A stretch of DNA of 64,000 nucleotides from Flavobacterium sp. (GTDB lineage Bacteria; Bacteroidota; Bacteroidia; Flavobacteriales; Flavobacteriaceae): NCBI RefSeq assembly GCF_044360715.1, contig NZ_JBIKJY010000013.1:1254-65253 (forward strand), written 5' to 3'. Below, one piece after another: positions 1 through 8,468 of the stretch (position 1 is its first letter; each line of letters opens with the position of its first letter). The notes beneath the pieces are model-generated. The model was not told the DNA's origin, did not search any database, and saw only the letters and a list, made by a program, of their open reading frames with translations. The position numbers were made by a program, and so were the translations under genes.

Positions 1-43
1 TAATATTGTATTATTATTTTATATCTTTGCATTGTGATTAACA

Positions 44-69
44 CCAATCTTTTAACGATTGGTTTTTTT
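44..69 (+). terminator. Terminator-like hairpin (ccaatc/gattgg) followed by T7
   Basis: 6-bp stem 44-49/57-62 followed by ttttttt at 63-69. It probably ends an upstream plus-strand gene cut by the window edge. Confidence 0.35.
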
Positions 70-98
70 ACCGAAAAAGTAATGATGTAAAAATATAT

Positions 99-515
99 AT
101 GTTTTTAATCATTACAACACAAAAGAAAATTTACACAATTGTTATGAGTAGTTATTATAATTCAACCAATCTTATCTCTTTAGGTGATGTATCAAATCTC
201 CTAATGATGAACTCTATTCCGGCGGTAAAAAAATGGTTAAAGTCCAAAAACATCTTTATGAATAAGATATCAAAATCATATTATGTTTATGAAGTTGAAA
301 TTTTCACCGAATTGGAAAAAGAATACGCTCTTAACTTGAGAAGAAATTATCCGGCTCATTGGAAAGAAATGTATAGATGTGTAACAAGAAGTGAGTCAAT
401 ATATAATTTAGTATTGATTCAAATTGGAGAGGAAATTGTGCATAAACCTATATATAAGGTTAAAACAAGAGGGTCAAAAGATGAAAAATTATTACAAGAA
501 TTACTATCTATATGA
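99..515 (+). CDS. Hypothetical small protein coupled to the integrase (possible excisionase/DNA-binding accessory protein)
   Basis: 138-aa ORF whose stop overlaps the integrase ATG (ATGA at 512-515). An alternative start is M at 144. I recognise no family motif. Confidence 0.45.
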   Translation: MFLIITTQKKIYTIVMSSYYNSTNLISLGDVSNLLMMNSIPAVKKWLKSKNIFMNKISKSYYVYEVEIFTELEKEYALNLRRNYPAHWKEMYRCVTRSESIYNLVLIQIGEEIVHKPIYKVKTRGSKDEKLLQELLSI

Positions 516-1768
516 AAAAATTAACTTTACCAAAAAACCACTTAAAAGGGTTGAAAATTTATTGTAATAAGTGTAAAAAATACAATCCTAAATGTAATCA
601 CATTGATGATTTACTTTATAGAGTTGTAGTCCATATACCCGGAACAAAAAACTCAACCAAAATAAAAACATTGATTTCAAAAAACTACGAAGACGCTGTT
701 AAGGAATCAATAGATATTATTAAGGAGTTAAAATCTAATGATTATAGAGATTTATCTACTGATAATGATAATAAAGAATACACTATGATTGGTGCGATTC
801 TTAAATATAATCAATATTTAAGTGGTGAATACGAACTTAAACATTTAATTAAGAAAGTGTCGGAAGGTCATCGTAAAGAATCATTAAGATTTATTAAATT
901 ATTTTGTAATGTCTTGAAGAGTCATCATAACTTTGAAATTATGAGAGTAAGAGATGTCTCGGTTAAAGATGTCTCAAGGTTTTATGAATCAATGGAGAGT
1001 CATTATGGAGCTCGGACATTTAACAAATGTATGATATCACTTAAAAGTTTCTTTAATTTTTTGATTGAGATTGAAAAAGTTGATATGAAAAACCCATTTT
1101 CAGTTTATAATTCTAAATCTGTTTTATCAACGATAAATGAAACGATAACAAAAGATGAATTTGAAAGAATACTTGATTCTATTGATAGTTCAGATTCCTT
1201 ACACAAATTAGGTGGTAAAGGAGAGGTTAAGAATATGTATCGTGATTATTTGAAACTTGGTTTTAAGTTGTTTCTTTTAACCGGTGGAAGAAGAGAAGAA
1301 GTAGTTGATTTACGATGGTCAGATATATATTATTCGGGTGACACTTATTTTTTTATGATTAAGAATAAGAAGGTAGAAAGAAATCAAAATATAGATGGTG
1401 ATTTTAATAAGTATATACCAATCAATTCAGACCTTTTTGATTTATTAAATGAAATAGGTTATGAGGAGAAAAAAACTTCAAAGGATTTTATTTTGTGTCC
1501 TGATAGGAATGAAAGTGTATTAACGATAATGAATACATTAAGTAAATCTTTTACTTTTTATAAAAACAAGTCGGGTGTTACAAAAAATATATCTCTAAAA
1601 CACCTCCGTAAAACTTATATAAGTTGGGTTAATCAAGTTATGGGAACTGATACAAGAATTTTAACTTCTCATTCAACTGATGGTGTGTTAAAGGAACATT
1701 ATTTAGACCCAACAATATTAGATACTATTCAAAAAGGAATGTTGAACATTAAAGTGTTTGGACAATAA
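512..1768 (+). CDS. Tyrosine-type site-specific recombinase / integrase
   Basis: 418 aa. Catalytic-domain motifs are LLTGGRREEVVDLRWSDI (box I Arg), LKHLRKTYISW and HSTDGVLKEHYLD (His/Tyr region). It is adjacent to a tRNA. Confidence 0.9.
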   Translation: MKKLTLPKNHLKGLKIYCNKCKKYNPKCNHIDDLLYRVVVHIPGTKNSTKIKTLISKNYEDAVKESIDIIKELKSNDYRDLSTDNDNKEYTMIGAILKYNQYLSGEYELKHLIKKVSEGHRKESLRFIKLFCNVLKSHHNFEIMRVRDVSVKDVSRFYESMESHYGARTFNKCMISLKSFFNFLIEIEKVDMKNPFSVYNSKSVLSTINETITKDEFERILDSIDSSDSLHKLGGKGEVKNMYRDYLKLGFKLFLLTGGRREEVVDLRWSDIYYSGDTYFFMIKNKKVERNQNIDGDFNKYIPINSDLFDLLNEIGYEEKKTSKDFILCPDRNESVLTIMNTLSKSFTFYKNKSGVTKNISLKHLRKTYISWVNQVMGTDTRILTSHSTDGVLKEHYLDPTILDTIQKGMLNIKVFGQ

Positions 1769-1773
1769 AAGAA

Positions 1774-1796
1774 AATCCCCGTTTGGGGATTTTTTT
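1774..1796 (+). terminator. Rho-independent terminator after the integrase
   Basis: aatcccc-gttt-ggggatt hairpin followed by a T-run. Confidence 0.7.
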
Positions 1797-1836
1797 ATGT
1801 CCTTTTTTCAATAAAAATCGACATCAAACAATAAAA

Positions 1837-1862
1837 TTCCTTACTCCATTTCCTTACTCCAT
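1837..1862. repeat. Perfect tandem direct repeat 2 x 13 bp (ttccttactccat)
   Basis: Read directly: 1837-1849 and 1850-1862 are identical. The repeat lies between the integrase and the tRNA att region. Confidence 0.9.
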
Positions 1863-1888
1863 AAAACACAAAAAAGAGTGACTTCCAA

Positions 1889-1921
1889 TAAAAAACCCCT
1901 TAACAACTGATTATTAAGGGG
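1889..1921 (-). terminator. Terminator downstream of tRNA-Met
   Basis: 8-bp stem ccccttaa (1896-1903) / ttaagggg (1914-1921). The A-run on plus reads as a T-run on minus after the hairpin. Confidence 0.6.
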
Positions 1922-1929
1922 TTTTGTTG

Positions 1930-2003
1930 TAGCGAGAGGGAGATTTGAACTCCCGACCTCAGGGTTATGAATCCTGCGCTCTAACCAACTGAGCTATCTC
2001 GCC
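1930..2003 (-). tRNA. tRNA-Met (anticodon CAT; a lysidine-modified Ile2 identity cannot be excluded)
   Basis: Manual cloverleaf, 74 nt: GGCGAGA TA GCTC AGTTGGTTA GAGC G CAGGA TTCATAA CCCTG AGGTC GGGAG TTCAAAT CTCCC TCTCGCT A. No CCA is encoded. Confidence 0.85.
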
Positions 2004-2173
2004 ATTAAATATTTTTGCATTTCTCAATGCGGGTGCAAATATATAAATAATTACTTTCTTTCCAAAAAATAAATCGAAATTTTACAATTAAAAATTTGTT
2101 ATAAAAAATAATGTAAATAATAGTTGTGGTATCATATTTTTTTATATTTTGCTAAAAATTTATAGATTCAATT

Positions 2174-2566
2174 ATGAAGCCAAAAGTTAAGTACGAATTA
2201 GAGTTTCCAATACACTCGTCACCACAATTACTATATCAATATATTATTACGCCATCTGGTTTATCGGAATGGTTTTCTGATAATGTAAATTCGCGAGGAG
2301 AATACTATACTTTTATTTGGGATGATTCGGAAGAAAATGCCAAATTGGTTTCTAAAAAAACAGGTGAGAAGGTAAAATTCAAATGGTTAGATGAAGATGG
2401 TAAAGACACTGAATATTATTTCGAACTTAAAATTCAAGTCGATGAAATTACAAATGATGTATCTTTAATTGTTGTTGATTTTTCTGAAGAAGACGAATTA
2501 GCTGAAAATAAATTATTGTGGGAAAGTTTGGTTTCCGATTTAAAACACGTAATTGGTTCGGTTTAA
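2174..2566 (+). CDS. START-like / SRPBCC (AHSA1-like) domain protein
   Basis: 130 aa. The N-terminal pattern ELEFPIHSSPQLLYQYIITPSGLSEWF is typical of the flavobacterial START-like family. Confidence 0.65.
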   Translation: MKPKVKYELEFPIHSSPQLLYQYIITPSGLSEWFSDNVNSRGEYYTFIWDDSEENAKLVSKKTGEKVKFKWLDEDGKDTEYYFELKIQVDEITNDVSLIVVDFSEEDELAENKLLWESLVSDLKHVIGSV

Positions 2567-2589
2567 TTTTAATAATTAAGTATATTTGC

Positions 2590-2617
2590 TCCCGCTATAA
2601 AAGGCGGGATTTTTTTT
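2590..2617 (+). terminator. Rho-independent terminator (tcccgc/gcggga + T8) abutting the next ATG
   Basis: Hairpin 2590-2609 followed by a T-run at 2610-2617. The next gene starts at 2618. Confidence 0.6.
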
Positions 2618-3451
2618 ATGATTAATTATAACGGAAGCATTCAAGATACTAGTAATTATAGTATTGAAAATAATAGAGGATTTCTTTTTGGTGATGCCAT
2701 TTTTGAAACCATTAAAGTTAATGGAACTAAAATATTGTTTTTAGAAGAGCATTATTTGCGTTTAATGGCTTCGATGCGAATTTGCAGAATGGAAATCCCA
2801 ATGAATTTCACAATGGAATTTATGGAAGAAGAAATTTTAAAACTAATTGCATTACAGACAAATAAAGTTAGTAATAGAATTCGTTTTTCTGTTTTTAGAA
2901 ATGCTGAAGGATTTTATAATCCTACATCAAACGATGTGCAATTTATCATTACTTGTTCTGAATTGGCATCTGATAGTTACGTTTTTTCTTCAACTACTTA
3001 TGAAGTGGAATTGTTTAAAGATTTTTATGTTTCCAAACATTTATTGGCTACTCTAAAAACCAATAATAAAATGATTAATGTTGTGGGGAGCATCTTTGCA
3101 AAGGAAAACGGATTTGAAAATTGCTTATTAATTAATGAAGATAAAAATGTAGTAGAAGCTACAAATGGTACTATTTTTATGAAAATGGGCAATCAAATAA
3201 TTACACCACCCACTTCGGATGGTTGTTTAAATGGTATTATGCGAAAACAAATTATTGCTATTGTAAATAATATGGATACTATTGAAATGATAGAAAAAAG
3301 CATTTCACCTTTTGATTTGCAAAAAGCAGATGAATTATTTATTTCAAATGTCATTACAGGAATTCAACCTATTACAAAATACCGTAAAAAAGAATTTACT
3401 TCAGAAGTAGCCAAAGAAATTACAGGTTTATTAAATGCTTTAATTAATTAA
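2618..3451 (+). CDS. Aminotransferase class IV family protein (aminodeoxychorismate lyase-like)
   Basis: 277 aa. The GFLFGDAIFETIKV N-terminal motif and the length fit fold-type IV PLP enzymes. Confidence 0.7.
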   Translation: MINYNGSIQDTSNYSIENNRGFLFGDAIFETIKVNGTKILFLEEHYLRLMASMRICRMEIPMNFTMEFMEEEILKLIALQTNKVSNRIRFSVFRNAEGFYNPTSNDVQFIITCSELASDSYVFSSTTYEVELFKDFYVSKHLLATLKTNNKMINVVGSIFAKENGFENCLLINEDKNVVEATNGTIFMKMGNQIITPPTSDGCLNGIMRKQIIAIVNNMDTIEMIEKSISPFDLQKADELFISNVITGIQPITKYRKKEFTSEVAKEITGLLNALIN

Positions 3452-4004
3452 GCGTTGGATTTTCTGGCGAATTAGAAAAGTAAATATATTCGCCACCAAT
3501 TTCGTTTAATTTTTCTTTCCAGAAATTTTGGCTGTTTTTACTAATAATTTTGTGTTGCAATTCATTTTCCACAATTATCCAAGAATTATCATCTAATTCT
3601 TCGGCTAACTGATTGGTTTCCCAGCCGCTATATCCTAAGAAAAAACGAATATTTTCTTTAGATAATTTTCCAGCATTAATTAGTTCTTTTGTAGTTTCAA
3701 AATTACCACCCCAATATAAACCATAAGCAATTTCAATACTATCTGGGATAAGTTCAGGTACGTTATGCAAAAAATATAAATTGTCTTGTTCTACAGGTCC
3801 GCCATTATAAATCATAAAATTCGCATCAATTTCAGGAATCAAATCATTTATGGAATAGGAGAGCGGCTTATTCAGTATAAAGCCCACACTACCATCATTA
3901 GAATGTTCTGTTAGTAAAATTACAGATCTATTGAAAGACATATCATTTAATATGGTTGGTTCTGCAATTAGTAAACAACCTTTTTTAGGTAACAATGAAG
4001 TCAT
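3444..4004 (-). CDS. YqgE/AlgH family protein (UPF0301)
   Basis: 186 aa. LIAEPTILNDMSFNRSVILLTEHSNDGSVGFILNKP matches the family signature. Confidence 0.8.
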   Translation of the reverse strand: MTSLLPKKGCLLIAEPTILNDMSFNRSVILLTEHSNDGSVGFILNKPLSYSINDLIPEIDANFMIYNGGPVEQDNLYFLHNVPELIPDSIEIAYGLYWGGNFETTKELINAGKLSKENIRFFLGYSGWETNQLAEELDDNSWIIVENELQHKIISKNSQNFWKEKLNEIGGEYIYFSNSPENPTLN

Positions 4005-4102
4005 AAGCCATTTAATTTTAATTGAAATTAAGAAAAATAATTTAATTGAACAAATTATCCAGTTTAATATTACATTATTAAATGTATGTAAATTATTGAA
4101 AT

Positions 4103-4133
4103 AAAAAAAACCTCTTAGAAACTAAGAGGTTTT
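4103..4133 (-). terminator. Terminator downstream of the HU gene
   Basis: cctcttag-aaa-ctaagagg hairpin flanked by A8 (plus), which reads as U8 after the hairpin on minus. Confidence 0.75.
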
Positions 4134-4154
4134 CAAATAAATAAAAAATATTTA

Positions 4155-4430
4155 TTATTTGTTTACTGATCCATCTAAGTCAGCACCAGCTTTGAATTTT
4201 ACTACATTTTTAGCAGCAATTTTGATAGTTTTTCCAGTTTGAGGATTTCTTCCATCTCTTGCCGCTCTTTTAGAGATTGACCAAGATCCGAAACCTACTA
4301 AAGAAACTCTACCACCTTTTTTTAATGTACCTTCTACACTTCCTAAAAATGATTCTAAAGATAATTTAGCTGCTGCTTTTGTAATTCCAGCTGCTGCTGC
4401 CATTGCATCGATTAATTCTGATTTGTTCAT
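4155..4430 (-). CDS. hup: HU family DNA-binding protein
   Basis: 91 aa. MNKSELIDAMA...GFGSW..RAARDGRNPQTGKTIKI is the classic HU/IHF signature. Confidence 0.95.
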   Translation of the reverse strand: MNKSELIDAMAAAAGITKAAAKLSLESFLGSVEGTLKKGGRVSLVGFGSWSISKRAARDGRNPQTGKTIKIAAKNVVKFKAGADLDGSVNK

Positions 4431-4590
4431 AATTGATAGTTTTAAAATGATTATACATAATTTTGTTATACAAATTTAAATGTATCATTAAACTACACAA
4501 GCATTTATAGCTATTTTTGCTTAAAATGTTAATAAATTATAGCAAATGTTAATAACGTGGGGTATTTTGCCCTGTTTTTAGCACTTAAAC

Positions 4591-5538
4591 TCACTTAACA
4601 TAGGCATCCGCACCAATTGAAGTACCATTTAAAAGCTCGTGAATTTGCATTTTCTTTTTGCCTGGAAATTGCAAACTATCAATTTGTATGAAACCATTAG
4701 ATACGGCAATTTTCATTTCCTTTTTTCCAGAAATAATTTGACCTATACTATAGGTATGTGTTTCTTCTATAAATGTAGTGTCATAAATTTTAACATTCCA
4801 CTCATTTTCTCCATCTTTAATAAATGTCCAAGCGGCAGGATAAGGACACAAACCTCTAATTTGATTGTAAATTTCATTTCCAGGTTTCGTCCAATCAATT
4901 TTACAATTGTCTTTATTTAGTTTATAAGCTGTTTTTAAATCTGAATTTTCGGATTGAATAGTAGTTTCCACTTTTCCATTTTGTATTAAATGTAACGTCT
5001 CAATTACAGTATCGCATCCTAAATGCATTAATTTGTCGTGAAGCTGACCTACGTTTTCATTTTCATCAATTGCTACCTTATGATTTAAAATCATAGCACC
5101 CGTATCAATTTTATCGTCAATAAAAAAAGTAGTTACACCGGTTTCTGTTTCGCCATTAATAATCGCCCAATTTATAGGGGCGGCTCCTCTATAATTAGGT
5201 AACAAAGAAGCGTGCAGATTAAATGTACCATATTTTGGCATTTTCCAAACCACTTCAGGTAACATTCTAAACGCTACTACGATTTGTAAATTGGCAGCAT
5301 AGCTGGCTAATTCTTCTAAGAAATCTTCGCTTTTTAAATTGGTAGGTTGTAAAATCGGAATGTTTTTTTCTAATGCATAGGTTTTTACCGCACTAACTGA
5401 AACTTTCTGACCACGTCCTGCAGGTTTGTCTGGCGCCGTAATAACAGCAGCTATTTCAAACTCACTTTTATATAGTGTATCAAGAATGCCAACTGCAAAG
5501 TCGGGCGTTCCCATAAATATGATTCTTAATTTTTCCAT
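4591..5538 (-). CDS. fmt: Methionyl-tRNA formyltransferase
   Basis: 315 aa. Motifs IIFMGTPDFAV and HASLLPNYRGAAPINWAI. Confidence 0.95.
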   Translation of the reverse strand: MEKLRIIFMGTPDFAVGILDTLYKSEFEIAAVITAPDKPAGRGQKVSVSAVKTYALEKNIPILQPTNLKSEDFLEELASYAANLQIVVAFRMLPEVVWKMPKYGTFNLHASLLPNYRGAAPINWAIINGETETGVTTFFIDDKIDTGAMILNHKVAIDENENVGQLHDKLMHLGCDTVIETLHLIQNGKVETTIQSENSDLKTAYKLNKDNCKIDWTKPGNEIYNQIRGLCPYPAAWTFIKDGENEWNVKIYDTTFIEETHTYSIGQIISGKKEMKIAVSNGFIQIDSLQFPGKKKMQIHELLNGTSIGADAYVK

Positions 5539-5635
5539 ATTATTGTATTTTTTTTACTTTTTACCGCAGATTCGCAGATTTAAAAAGTCAATTCTCAAAG
5601 TTTTCGACAAACGTTCATTTTTTGTCTAATTATTT

Positions 5636-7519
5636 TTACTTAATTTGATACTTATTCGAAGCGTTTAAATAAATAATATCATTTTCTAATAAGTTCTGAA
5701 GGGCAAAGATAATTTCTTCTGTTGAAAAAGTGAGTACATTTTCAATTTCATTTGAAGAAAGTGCTCCTTTATGTAACAGAGTCTGAATTTGTTCTAAAAC
5801 CGATTTAGGTGCTACTTTGTTTTTTGAGGTACAATACGAACAAATGCCACAGTCTTTAGGATTCTCTTCTCCAAAATACTTGGAAATTAAAACCGATTTA
5901 CAAGTAGTAGTATCTGTCACAAAATGAAGCATTTGTTTGTGCTGCGCAATTTTTATCTGATTTTGATTTTCTAATAGTTTAACCACACGGTTAATAGTAT
6001 AACTGTCTTCGCGTGGTTCGTTATATAGAATAGAAATATCATTGCTCTGTAGTTTCAATTCTATTATTTCTTGTGCTTGTAGTTTATTTAAAACGGTAAT
6101 TACTTGTTCTTCTGTTTTTCCAGATTTGGAAGCAATAAGTGCGGTATTTATACTCGTAACTTGTTCGAAAATACCAGTGTAATTTCGTAAAATGGTTTCT
6201 ATAATTTCTGCCTCTTTCATATTTAAACTGCAATATCGAATGACTTCTCGACTTTCAATATTAAACTGTAAACTGGCTTTATTGCTTATAAAATTTTGAA
6301 GCGTAATAATTCCTTGTCTATCGAGAAATTGCAAACACGCAAATGTTTTGGTTACCGAAATATTAAATTTCGAACAAAATTGATTTAAATTTAAGTAAAA
6401 AACTTCTTGAAATCCTTCTCCGTATGCAATTTGAAAATGGTTGTTTAAATTTTTATACACCAAATGCAAAAATTCTTTATTGGGTAAATTACCAGCAAAC
6501 AATTGTAATACATTTTCCGATTGTACGTCTTGAGTAAGTAATAAGGCGTAGGATTTCTCACCATTTCTTCCCGCTCTACCAGCTTCTTGATAGTAATTTT
6601 CAATATTATCAGGAATTTGTAAATGCACTACCGTTTTTACATTTGGTTTGTCAATTCCCATTCCAAAGGCGTTTGTGGCGACTATTATTTTGGCTTTTTC
6701 ATCCAACCAAAGTTGCATATTTTTATCCTTTTCTTTGCCTGATAATCCACCGTGATAATAGGTTGCTGTAAAACCAAAATCGGTAAGTATTTTGCTGATT
6801 TCTATACACGATTTTCTGTTTTTTACATATACGATTGAAGGCTCAGGATTTTTTAAGAAAATTTGTTTCAATTTTCCAAGTTTATCTTCTGTTTTTATAA
6901 TATGATATCCTAAATTCTCTCGCGAAAAAGAATTCTTAAAAACAACTGGATTTTTTAATTGTAAAAGCGTACAAATATCCTCTTGAACTCGTGGGGTAGC
7001 TGTAGCAGTTAACGCAATAAACGGCACCGTAAAGTAGTCTTTTAATGCTGAAATTTTTAAATAAGCGGGTCTAAAATCGTGTCCCCATTGGCTAATACAA
7101 TGTGCTTCATCAATCGCAACTAAATTAATATTCAGGTTTTTTATTCGTTCTAAAACCCAATCTTGTTGTAATCGTTCTGGCGATAGATATAGAAATTTAT
7201 AATCGCCAAATACACAATTGTCTAATAAATTATTGGTTTCTTCAAAAGAAATACCACCCGTTAAAGCAATGGCTTTTATATTTTTGTTTTTTAAATTTTC
7301 AACCTGATCTTTCATTAAAGCTACAAGCGGCGAAATAACCAAACAAATTCCAGGCTTTAGTAGGGCAGGGATTTGAAAACAAATAGATTTTCCACCACCT
7401 GTTGGTAACAAGGCAAACGTATCTTTACCGAGCAAAACAGTAGTGATAATTTCTTCCTGAGTGGGTCTAAAAGCAGTATGTTTCCAGTGCGCTTTTAATA
7501 CATCTAACGGTTGATTCAT
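5636..7519 (-). CDS. recQ: RecQ family ATP-dependent DNA helicase
   Basis: 627 aa. Motifs LPTGGGKS (Walker A), DEAHCISQWGHDFRP, and a C-terminal Zn-binding Cys cluster (CGICSYC). Confidence 0.9.
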   Translation of the reverse strand: MNQPLDVLKAHWKHTAFRPTQEEIITTVLLGKDTFALLPTGGGKSICFQIPALLKPGICLVISPLVALMKDQVENLKNKNIKAIALTGGISFEETNNLLDNCVFGDYKFLYLSPERLQQDWVLERIKNLNINLVAIDEAHCISQWGHDFRPAYLKISALKDYFTVPFIALTATATPRVQEDICTLLQLKNPVVFKNSFSRENLGYHIIKTEDKLGKLKQIFLKNPEPSIVYVKNRKSCIEISKILTDFGFTATYYHGGLSGKEKDKNMQLWLDEKAKIIVATNAFGMGIDKPNVKTVVHLQIPDNIENYYQEAGRAGRNGEKSYALLLTQDVQSENVLQLFAGNLPNKEFLHLVYKNLNNHFQIAYGEGFQEVFYLNLNQFCSKFNISVTKTFACLQFLDRQGIITLQNFISNKASLQFNIESREVIRYCSLNMKEAEIIETILRNYTGIFEQVTSINTALIASKSGKTEEQVITVLNKLQAQEIIELKLQSNDISILYNEPREDSYTINRVVKLLENQNQIKIAQHKQMLHFVTDTTTCKSVLISKYFGEENPKDCGICSYCTSKNKVAPKSVLEQIQTLLHKGALSSNEIENVLTFSTEEIIFALQNLLENDIIYLNASNKYQIK

Positions 7520-7528
7520 TAGATTGAA

Positions 7529-8065
7529 TTAGGATTTTAAATGATTGATGATAAATTGAAATCGTTCTGCTACAGACGTTTTTGGCACTTCGTGTAAATC
7601 ATAGCCATATTTTGTATACGTGTCTACCAAATAATTATGAATTTTGGTAGCTTCCTCATAGCTTTCGTATCGTTCGGCATCGCTGGTGTAAATTTCTTCC
7701 CAAGGTGGTAATAAAAAAACTTTGTCGTATTTGTAGCTTTCGCAAGCGGCAATAAATGCTTCAGGATAAGTGTCGCCAATAAAATCCATATACGCCACTA
7801 CATCAGGGATACCTCTATCAATAAAAACAGTTTTTTCTTCTGTAGTTGCCTTTTCGAATTGTTTAATTCTTCCTTCTAAAAGGCGTTCGCTAAACAACAT
7901 CGGATTTTCCAAAAACAAATAATCAACACCTTCTTCTCGGGCTTTTAAAATTACTTCTCTTGAAATTTCAGGATAACAAATGTGTCCTTCTGCTTCTAAA
8001 TGATTAATTAAGGTTGTTTTTCCAGAACTTGGACCACCAATTAGGAGTATAATTTTCTTATTCAT
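7529..8065 (-). CDS. AAA/P-loop ATPase (AAA_28, NadR-kinase-like)
   Basis: 178 aa with the P-loop GGPSSGKTT. Confidence 0.65.
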   Translation of the reverse strand: MNKKIILLIGGPSSGKTTLINHLEAEGHICYPEISREVILKAREEGVDYLFLENPMLFSERLLEGRIKQFEKATTEEKTVFIDRGIPDVVAYMDFIGDTYPEAFIAACESYKYDKVFLLPPWEEIYTSDAERYESYEEATKIHNYLVDTYTKYGYDLHEVPKTSVAERFQFIINHLKS

Positions 8066-8153
8066 TTTACGGCTTTAAAAATCAAATGTACTATCATTTT
8101 TTATATTTTGAAAATCTTAATTATTTAAATTTTCAAATCAAACATTATAAACG

Positions 8154-8161
8154 TATATTTG
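8154..8161 (+). promoter_or_regulatory. Bacteroidetes -7 promoter box TATATTTG (TAnnTTTG)
   Basis: Exact match to TAnnTTTG, 20 nt upstream of the ATG at 8182. Confidence 0.45.
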
Positions 8162-8181
8162 TTCTTTATTATTAAATTAAA

Positions 8182-8466
8182 ATGAATAAAGAAACCGAAG
8201 ATTTTTACATTAGACTTAAATCGGAATTAGAAGAATCAACCACTTGGCCTGCTGTGTATTTATACAAATTTATTGTACCAACTAATGCTACAAATGTAAA
8301 CACAGTTGAAAACGCCTTTAATAATATGGGCGCAGTAATAAAAACACACGCTTCTAAAACAGGAAAATACACCAGTATTTCAATTAATGTTACCATGCAA
8401 AACGCAGATGCAGTAATTGAAAAATACCAAGAATTAGCAACAATAGAAGGAATTATTTCATTATAA
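8182..8466 (+). CDS. DUF493 (YbeD-like) family protein
   Basis: 94 aa. The size, the YLYKFIVP motif and its position ahead of DUF4290-murA fit this family. Confidence 0.7.
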   Translation: MNKETEDFYIRLKSELEESTTWPAVYLYKFIVPTNATNVNTVENAFNNMGAVIKTHASKTGKYTSISINVTMQNADAVIEKYQELATIEGIISL

Positions 8467-8468
8467 AT

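Larger units (their letters stand above)
1..1972. mobile_element. Integrase-proximal end of an integrative element/genomic island inserted in tRNA-Met (partial; continues off the left edge)
   Basis: A tyrosine recombinase gene faces the 3' end of a tRNA gene 160 nt away. A coupled small ORF lies upstream and tandem 13-mers lie between int and the tRNA. The right boundary is somewhere inside the tRNA 3' half (anticodon loop = 1966-1972) and was not determined. Confidence 0.6.

Noticed and set aside
2581-2620. A TATATTTG box followed by a terminator hairpin and U-run ending exactly at the ATG of the class IV aminotransferase gene. I considered it as an attenuator.
   Set aside because: The simpler reading is the terminator of the upstream START-like gene, with a chance -7-like octamer. 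There is no alternative antiterminator pairing that I could find.
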